The notes beneath the pieces are model-generated. The model saw nothing but the letters and a program-made list of their open reading frames with translations, was not told the origin of the DNA and ran no database searches. This document shows, piece by piece, positions 57,902-64,000 of a DNA stretch of 64,000 bases. The translations under genes were made by a program, and so were the position numbers. The DNA is from a virus, in the IMG/VR virus record IMGVR_UViG_3300042350_002985. One strand, written 5' to 3'. Within the stretch, counting starts at the first letter, position 1. Each line of letters opens with the position of its first letter.

Positions 57902-59641
57902 ATGCGCCCCGGTAATCTAGTACCTTCCTTTTACTTCTATAAGTTGGCTGATGCTCTCAGCAGCCCCTATACGGCTTTGACAGCGTATTCTGCTGGACTG
58001 ATCGATGCACAGGGAAATGTACTAAAGCCAGAAAGCAGCATTGATCCATTTGAATATCTTGTTATAAAATTAAAGAAAATCTTTGATCAATTACCTTATG
58101 GAATGACAAGAGCAAGACTTGGAAATTATCTGTCAACTCTTCAAATGTTTTCTGAAGAAGTAGAAAATTTTGACATCACTCAAGAACAGTTTCATTGCTT
58201 GGTGGAAGGATTTGTAACTCAGTATTCAAATGGTGAACTGAGTTATTTGGAACTGCTTGAAGACATGGCAACAGGAGGTGGTGCTGGTGCTTTGGGTGTT
58301 CCTGCACAGGGTGGAAACATCAATCAAGGTGGTATCTCTGGATTTGATCCACCACTTGGAATGCCTCTTCAAAGAAGAAAGCAACCAAAGTATTTTGACA
58401 ACTGCGAAGTATTTGAAGTCTGCCCAGAAGAGTTTTTGCAATTAAAAGCAGCAAGAACTTGGAAAGAAGTTCCAGAAGGCGATACAAAAAATTATCTGCA
58501 AAGATTTCAACGAAGAAACAAAGGCGGAAAGATTGCAGTCAAGTCATTGAATCCACTGAATGCAGAACATGAATTGCATTGGATAAACTATCCTGCAAAA
58601 AACTTCATGGAGGATGTTGACTTATCTTTTTTTTCTGAGTTATTGACTGAAACAAATGAGGTTGACCCGGATCAATTTGATAGTCCTGATGCAGGATCGA
58701 AAGCTGATTCTGCTGAAGTAACATTAGGACAAGTCACCAAACAAATGGGAGATGTATCCAAAGCAAGAGAACAGAAGAAAGGATATACTCCTCCAAGAAG
58801 TTTTCCAGATGATCCTCACAAAGAATTTATAGGACACATGAAACATCTTATGTTTCAATATGCAGATCCTTCAATATCTAAAGGAAAAAAAACTGAAATT
58901 GAAGGAAGAATGCTTTTTCATGCAAAAGCATATCATATGTTAAAAGATAATCATAATGAATTGCAAAAATACATCAATAGATCTCATTCTATAATTCATT
59001 CTTCTCCTAATGCGAATGATTATGAACTAAGAAAAGAAGGTGATTCTCTTTTTGTACGACATGGTAACGATGGAATTACAACTCATCCTTTGGAAATAAA
59101 AGGAAAGGGTGGAAATTTAAAAGACAGCATTACCAATGAACAAAAAGATCATCTTATAAAAAATTATGGACATTTAATGCCAACTTGGGTGCAGGGATCA
59201 ACACCTCACCCTGTTACAGGTCAAAGATTCATGTTTCATACACATCAAAGTAAAAAATTGGAAGAAGAATTTAAAGCTGCTTTAGATGCTGAAGAAGCAG
59301 ATGCAACCAAAGAACAACGAATTTCAATGAGACATCAAATTCTTTCTAACTTGAAAGCGCGACCATCACATTTAGTAAGAAAAATAGGAAAACGATTTTA
59401 TTATTTTGGCAACCCAACAGCATCAGATCCTAAATTAAGATTAGGATGGTCTGGTAGAGAAAGAGGCCAAGATGTGCCAGAAAGAAGAACTTCTCTTCGA
59501 ATGGAACGCAATTTAGGACAAAATACTAAATTAAATGGAGAATTGGTAAAAATAACCCAAGAAGAGTATTCTCCTTGGGTATCTTCGCTTGATAATGCTT
59601 CAAAAACTCAATTTGAAGCACTTTTCAAACAACATCACTAA
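57902..59641 (+). CDS. Large hypothetical virion-associated protein
   Basis: 579 aa; ACTAAATA octamer at 57887. Confidence 0.7.
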   Translation: MRPGNLVPSFYFYKLADALSSPYTALTAYSAGLIDAQGNVLKPESSIDPFEYLVIKLKKIFDQLPYGMTRARLGNYLSTLQMFSEEVENFDITQEQFHCLVEGFVTQYSNGELSYLELLEDMATGGGAGALGVPAQGGNINQGGISGFDPPLGMPLQRRKQPKYFDNCEVFEVCPEEFLQLKAARTWKEVPEGDTKNYLQRFQRRNKGGKIAVKSLNPLNAEHELHWINYPAKNFMEDVDLSFFSELLTETNEVDPDQFDSPDAGSKADSAEVTLGQVTKQMGDVSKAREQKKGYTPPRSFPDDPHKEFIGHMKHLMFQYADPSISKGKKTEIEGRMLFHAKAYHMLKDNHNELQKYINRSHSIIHSSPNANDYELRKEGDSLFVRHGNDGITTHPLEIKGKGGNLKDSITNEQKDHLIKNYGHLMPTWVQGSTPHPVTGQRFMFHTHQSKKLEEEFKAALDAEEADATKEQRISMRHQILSNLKARPSHLVRKIGKRFYYFGNPTASDPKLRLGWSGRERGQDVPERRTSLRMERNLGQNTKLNGELVKITQEEYSPWVSSLDNASKTQFEALFKQHH

Positions 59642-59859
59642 TCTTGAATAAAGTTTTTCTTCTTGCAGCACTTTGGCTTTGTGCAAGAGTTTCTTTCTCT
59701 GGCTTCGTTGATAATCTTTGTATCTGCATCTTCCCAACCAGTCTTATATTCCTTCCAATAAGGATCAATAGAAAAGACTGCTTGATTTGGAAGTTCACCA
59801 CCACTCATGCGACAATTAAAACCTTTGTCATAACCTTCACCTGGCTTATATGTAGTCAT
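59638..59859 (-). CDS. Small hypothetical protein
   Basis: 73 aa; MTTYKPGEGYDKGFNCRMSGGELPNQAVFSIDPYWKEYKTGWEDAD. Confidence 0.65.
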   Translation of the reverse strand: MTTYKPGEGYDKGFNCRMSGGELPNQAVFSIDPYWKEYKTGWEDADTKIINEARERNSCTKPKCCKKKNFIQD

Positions 59860-59861
59860 AA

Positions 59862-60278
59862 TTAATCCTTTTGATTTGGAGGAATTGGAATCATTTGAAT
59901 TTGATTGATTACCTTATCCAAGGCCTTCACATGGGCAAATTGCTCAGTGATGGCGAGATAACCACGAATTTCAATCAACCTCATGTATTCATCGTGAGTA
60001 AATTGCACGACAGTAGACTTTCTGTAAGTCTTTTTTCCATTTTTTCTATTATGTTGTTTTGAATGTTCTTTCATGGCCTCATTTAGATTGAGGTAATTTG
60101 CAAGATCATCCATTCCATCGCCTTTGTTCATGTTTTCAAACATTTTGCGAAATTGTTCCGAATATTTTGGATTGTAATTAAATTTCCAAAAACTAAATGG
60201 AAAATGATTATTTGGATTATTGTCCTCATAATCTCCATTTTGCCATTGATTAAAATCGTTATAGTCAGAGTTATTCAT
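59862..60278 (-). CDS. Hypothetical protein
   Basis: 138 aa in a minus-strand run of small genes. Confidence 0.6.
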   Translation of the reverse strand: MNNSDYNDFNQWQNGDYEDNNPNNHFPFSFWKFNYNPKYSEQFRKMFENMNKGDGMDDLANYLNLNEAMKEHSKQHNRKNGKKTYRKSTVVQFTHDEYMRLIEIRGYLAITEQFAHVKALDKVINQIQMIPIPPNQKD

Positions 60279-60286
60279 GGTTTCCT

Positions 60287-60583
60287 TTAGTTGACATCAA
60301 AGAACTGCTCGTAAAGAACTTTTCCATGGTTGTCAGTCACGGAAAGATATCGTACATGACGAGTCAATGCGTCACTAATATTTAGACCGTCCTTTGAACC
60401 AAAGGACAGGTTTTTGATCCAAGCAGCACAACCACCCAATGAAATTCTGACTTCATTTCCATTCATGTCAGAACCATAGAAATCAAAAGTGGCTTTCTCA
60501 CCATCATAATAGGTGAAGAAACAATCAATCTTATCAAACTTCTTACGAATGTCCTCTATGGACAACTGTGTAGAATTAGCCAT
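60287..60583 (-). CDS. Hypothetical protein
   Basis: Likely start MANSTQLSIEDIRKKFDKIDCFFTYYDG inside track ORF 60287..60652. Confidence 0.65.
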   Translation of the reverse strand: MANSTQLSIEDIRKKFDKIDCFFTYYDGEKATFDFYGSDMNGNEVRISLGGCAAWIKNLSFGSKDGLNISDALTRHVRYLSVTDNHGKVLYEQFFDVN

Positions 60584-60749
60584 TCGGCAATCTCTCTTGC
60601 TTGACAGACTTGGGAAGTTGGCCAATCCGGTCAAGCTCTCGGAGTGTTCCAACCTTGGCGTTCATAAGGCTAGCAGCCCTCTTACGCTTACGAAGTTCAT
60701 GGCTTCTCTTGTGCTTACGATTTGTGATGCGTTGCTTTGAATTAGGCAT
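60576..60749 (-). CDS. Small very basic protein (57 aa)
   Basis: Read directly: MPNSKQRITNRKHKRSHELRKRKRAASLMNAKVGTLRELDRIGQLPKSVKQERLPNG*; overlaps next start by 8 nt. Confidence 0.6.
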   Translation of the reverse strand: MPNSKQRITNRKHKRSHELRKRKRAASLMNAKVGTLRELDRIGQLPKSVKQERLPNG

Positions 60750-61012
60750 GATAAAAGTATATCACTGTTCTGTGTGTTTGTCAAGTTTTTTCTTGAGTTC
60801 CATGTTCTCTACGGCAAGTTTTCCCGCAGAAACAATCAGTTCCATGTTCACTTTTTGGAGTTCTTGGATCTTTTCCTTGAGTTTTTTGATTTCTTCTTCT
60901 TTGGGCATCCAAAAATTTTCTCCCAATTTTCACAGTAAATTTTGTAGTTTACTGGCCGATATGAATCACCTTTACCTGCACTCATGTCAATAGTATATAT
61001 CAAGCCAACAAA

Positions 61013-61846
61013 ATGTCAAATCTAAATAATTTTATGAAGAACAATAAAGGTTATTATAGTTGGATTCACTCCCTAAAGCAAGCCGCAATGCAGTCTCACA
61101 CCAAGGGGGCTGAGATGCTTTCTGAGGCAAGAAAAAGAGTCGAACAAGGCATGGATCTTGATGCAAAGGCCGCAATTGATGCTGAAATTCGTGCAAGAGG
61201 TGAACGAAGAGCCTTGAGCGCCAAAGAACTAGCTGCTGCTGGTGATGCAAATGATGTTGCTGCAGAGGCGCAGGAAGACGAAGATGGGGATCACATTCCT
61301 AACCTTGCAGATCCTGATTCTGTTAATACAAACTTCAATGTTCCAATGGAACCAACGACAACAGAACATCCAGAACAATGGTATAAAACCAAAGAAGAAG
61401 CAGAGGAAGCTGCAAGAGTCATGGGTGCTCATTACAGAGGTGAAACTGCCCCTGAAGAAGAAGATTTTGTTCCACCCCATGAAGAAAAACCTGCTGCAGC
61501 AGGTGGTGCTTGGTCAAAGCCAGCGACATTTAAAGAGAGCGTCAATAAAAAGATAAAGAAAATTATTTCCGAGATGCGTGGTGAGGAACCTATCAGAGAT
61601 TTGCCAGTAATGGGTGAAAGAGGAACCTTGAAAACTGGACAATCGGGAGAATCTGCAGGGCTTTTGGGTCAAAGACTCCCAACGGATTTACTCAATAGTA
61701 TCCATCCAACGCAAAAAAATCCACAGGGAATCATCAGACATTTGATTCAAATCATTGAAAATCCAGAAGAACACCCACCACATCATTTTAAAATTGCAAA
61801 TGAAATATTAAGTACAATGGGTGACGTTTATAGAAGAGGTCGTTAA
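61013..61846 (+). CDS. Hypothetical acidic protein
   Basis: 277 aa; Glu/Ala-rich middle region. Confidence 0.6.
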   Translation: MSNLNNFMKNNKGYYSWIHSLKQAAMQSHTKGAEMLSEARKRVEQGMDLDAKAAIDAEIRARGERRALSAKELAAAGDANDVAAEAQEDEDGDHIPNLADPDSVNTNFNVPMEPTTTEHPEQWYKTKEEAEEAARVMGAHYRGETAPEEEDFVPPHEEKPAAAGGAWSKPATFKESVNKKIKKIISEMRGEEPIRDLPVMGERGTLKTGQSGESAGLLGQRLPTDLLNSIHPTQKNPQGIIRHLIQIIENPEEHPPHHFKIANEILSTMGDVYRRGR

Positions 61847-62049
61847 ACTTCGGGGAATCCAATTTCCCTAGTCCATTCCCATTCTTCCCAGATTATTTGA
61901 GCAAAATCGTCGCCCTTATTATGGCGACGATTTTCTATTTCAGCCATTCCGGGAGCGGAGATGGGGGCTTCAAGTTCCCACGAATACCAATACCACTCTC
62001 CGGGGTCTAGTCTCCTGTTCGTAACCAAACACCGGATTTCTCTAGGCAT
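61843..62049 (-). CDS. Small hypothetical protein
   Basis: 68 aa; MPREIRCLVTNRRLDPGEWYWYSWELEAP. Confidence 0.55.
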   Translation of the reverse strand: MPREIRCLVTNRRLDPGEWYWYSWELEAPISAPGMAEIENRRHNKGDDFAQIIWEEWEWTREIGFPEV

Positions 62050-62052
62050 AAA

Positions 62053-62310
62053 TCAGTTCAAACGATATGCACAAGCACCATTTATTGAAGTTACGGCATA
62101 GACTTCAATTGGAAGAATTTGAGGTCCTGCAGTTGTTGCAGATGCAAATGTAAATCCTACGGTAACTGTTGCGCCAAGAGAAGTATCACGAAGCCAAGTA
62201 TTTAAGGTTGGGGCAGCAGATCCTTGAGGAACTACTAAAATTCCTTTGTGAGGTGGTAATTTACTTGTTCCTGCAGTTATTCCAGATACTGTATTATATT
62301 TGTCGTACAT
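62053..62310 (-). CDS. Hypothetical protein
   Basis: Likely start MYDKYNTVSGITAGTSKLPPHKGILVV inside track ORF 62053..62418. Confidence 0.6.
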   Translation of the reverse strand: MYDKYNTVSGITAGTSKLPPHKGILVVPQGSAAPTLNTWLRDTSLGATVTVGFTFASATTAGPQILPIEVYAVTSINGACAYRLN

Positions 62311-62321
62311 GTTACAAATAT

Positions 62322-62624
62322 TTAGGTTGATTTTATGGTCACATCTTTCATTGCCAAAGAACTCCAAAATGGCTGCAAATGTTCTAAACCTGTGGCAAAT
62401 CCAACCATCCAAATACACCTCTGCACTCTTCCAACAATTTGATTGACTCCCACATGGTAGGCAGCACCTTCCTCATATTGGTCAATTTTGACCTTGAAAG
62501 GTGTCTTAGATTCCACTTCCTGAATAAATTTTTGAATATATTCAGGATAAACTGGTTTGGCAATTTTAACAGGCTTTTTGAGTTTGCGCTTTGGTTGTGT
62601 TGAAGTTTTTCTAAATCTTGGCAT
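62322..62624 (-). CDS. Hypothetical basic protein
   Basis: Start MPRFRKTSTQPKRKLKK; upstream part of track ORF 62322..62654 overlaps a tRNA. Confidence 0.6.
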   Translation of the reverse strand: MPRFRKTSTQPKRKLKKPVKIAKPVYPEYIQKFIQEVESKTPFKVKIDQYEEGAAYHVGVNQIVGRVQRCIWMVGFATGLEHLQPFWSSLAMKDVTIKST

Positions 62625-62627
62625 AAA

Positions 62628-62699
62628 TGCGGCTGGAGAGAATCGAACTCTCATATCAAGCTTGGAAGGCTAGCGTAATGGCCATTATACTACAGCCGC
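62628..62699 (-). tRNA. tRNA-Gly (TCC)
   Basis: Minus strand GCGGCTG...CTTCCAAG...GAGAGTTCGATTCTCTC CAGCCGC. Confidence 0.95.
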
Positions 62700-62700
62700 G

Positions 62701-62708
62701 TATAAATA
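62701..62708 (+). promoter_or_regulatory. Late promoter octamer TATAAATA
   Basis: 5 nt before ATG 62714; TAAATATTTA palindrome also offers GTAAATA on the minus strand toward tRNA-Gly. Confidence 0.6.
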
Positions 62709-62713
62709 TTTAC

Positions 62714-62908
62714 ATGAAAAAATTAAAAGAAGGCAATCTTTACAATGTTGAGCAATCTGTGACTCCGGGAATGGGAACAAATGTCAGCAAGGTTGGGTTG
62801 TCTGCTTGGCAGCGGGAAATGAGAAAGCAATTGATGCAAAAATTGAAGCATTACGCACCCGACCAAGTACAAAAGATAATAAACGCTACTTTTGGGGATA
62901 ACATTTAA
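62714..62908 (+). CDS. Small hypothetical protein
   Basis: In-frame ATG of track ORF 62627..62908 located directly after late octamer. Confidence 0.6.
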   Translation: MKKLKEGNLYNVEQSVTPGMGTNVSKVGLSAWQREMRKQLMQKLKHYAPDQVQKIINATFGDNI

Positions 62909-63099
62909 ACTCCAAGAGTCTTTCTGAGTTTGATGTCTCCCTTAAAATATGAATCAAATCTTGAGACAATCTTTTCTTTCTCAGAAATCAATTTGTTGTA
63001 TTCCTTGGTGCTAGATTTGTCATTGGTTTCACATCGCCCAATGTGCTTCATTGTCTCACCATACTCATAAATCAACTCTTCAAGTTCCTTGCTATTCAT
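62905..63099 (-). CDS. Small hypothetical protein
   Basis: 64 aa, overlaps the end of the preceding gene by 4 nt. Confidence 0.5.
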   Translation of the reverse strand: MNSKELEELIYEYGETMKHIGRCETNDKSSTKEYNKLISEKEKIVSRFDSYFKGDIKLRKTLGV

Positions 63100-63116
63100 G
63101 ACCTAAATAGTATAGT

Positions 63117-64000
63117 ATCAAATCAAATGGAGTCAAATAAATCTTTATGAAGCATCCAAATCAATCTTTTATAGATGGATTTTTTAGAAATAATAAATCA
63201 GAAAGAAATAATTCTTATTATTATTCCAAAGAATTCTTAGAAGAACAGAGAAAGAAAAAATTTGATGCTTTCTTGCAAGAAAACTTGTCTCCAAATAAAA
63301 AAGCATCTTCAAAACATCTTGATAGTGTTTTAAATTTACTGGGTTATAATACTCTAAGCAAAAATTTAAATAAACAAGAATACATAACAGAAGATAAAAT
63401 TGCTGCCAAAAATCTACCAAAACAATTTGTTTACAATGGATTGTTGTATTCATTTAATGAAAAATTAAATGTATTTGTAAACCAGCATGGACATGAAATA
63501 TCAATTGAACAAGCCACTGCATTTATGCAGATGGTTTTATTAGAAGAAGTAGAAATAGCAGAAATGGACGCATCTGTTGATGGTGGTTATCAAACAGCGT
63601 CTGTTGTTGTACCCGAAATTCAGTTTTTTAGTTTTGATGAACCAAGACCAGAAATAGGACCAAAACAACCAAATTGGTTTAGAAATGCTGCATTTAATGC
63701 TAGCACTGGAATTGGAATGGAATTGTACAGAAATATTGTGGGAGCAAATTTGGGAAATACTGCAGAAACTATTCCCGAAACACCCATTTATAATTTAAAT
63801 GGAATTCTAGAATCGGAAAACACTATTTCTTATTCTGGGAACAATGCTTATTTAAGAAGACAAAGAGCTACTGAAGAAGAAAGTGTAGTTGCTTCTTATA
63901 ATGAATTTGTTAATCCTTTTGGATCGACTGGATCTGTTGCTGCATTAAAAAAATATGATCCAGACATGGCTGGGTTAGACGCAAATATTTACGGACCTTT
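63117..64000 (+). CDS. Partial hypothetical virion-type protein, 3' end outside window, start unclear
   Basis: Reading frame open from about 63117 to the window end without an early ATG; peptide ...QPNWFRNAAFNASTGIGMELYRNIVGANLGNTAETIPETPIYNLNG... Confidence 0.6.

Noticed and set aside
62627-62713. Upstream 29 codons of ORF 62627..62908 (MRLERIELSYQAWKASVMA...)
   Set aside because: These codons are the antisense of tRNA-Gly; true start is likely ATG 62714.
63184-63453. 89-aa minus-strand ORF
   Set aside because: Lies opposite a long coding-like plus-strand frame and is rich in Phe/Leu/Tyr, typical of antisense AT-rich sequence.
1-64000. CRISPR arrays, integrases, transposases
   Set aside because: No regularly spaced repeats and no integrase/transposase motifs were seen; the only exact tandem repeat noticed is the 81-bp unit inside a fibre gene.

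Overview
The window is a contiguous segment of a T4-like (Myoviridae-type) phage genome. It carries a capsid module (prohead protease 21, scaffold 22, major capsid 23), uvsW/uvsY, and a roughly 9.7 kb glycan/sugar-nucleotide cassette. It also has the late sigma factor 55, recombination genes 47/46, clamp and clamp loader 45/44/62, regA, a tail-fibre/adhesin region with collagen-like and polyglycine proteins, dUTPase, DNA polymerase 43, uvsX, 41, 61, thyX and a class II (B12-dependent) ribonucleotide reductase. A tRNA cluster and many virion-type unknowns follow. The most striking element is at about 46167-46452. It reads as a circularly permuted (two-piece) tmRNA with a T-arm, an acceptor stem with G3-U70, an H-type pseudoknot PK1, and a tag ORF ANIKAAPMRMAA*. 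It is preceded by a late-promoter-like octamer and followed by a strong terminator. Just downstream (46509-46589) is an undescribed H-type pseudoknot that begins about 2 nt after the start predicted from another late-type octamer and covers the ribosome binding site of a RuvC-like gene. Late-type octamers N[A/C]TAAATA and TTGACA-16-TATAWT promoters sit only 3-13 nt upstream of many start codons, which suggests widespread leaderless or near-leaderless transcripts. All family calls are from sequence motif recognition only; no searches or folding programs were run.
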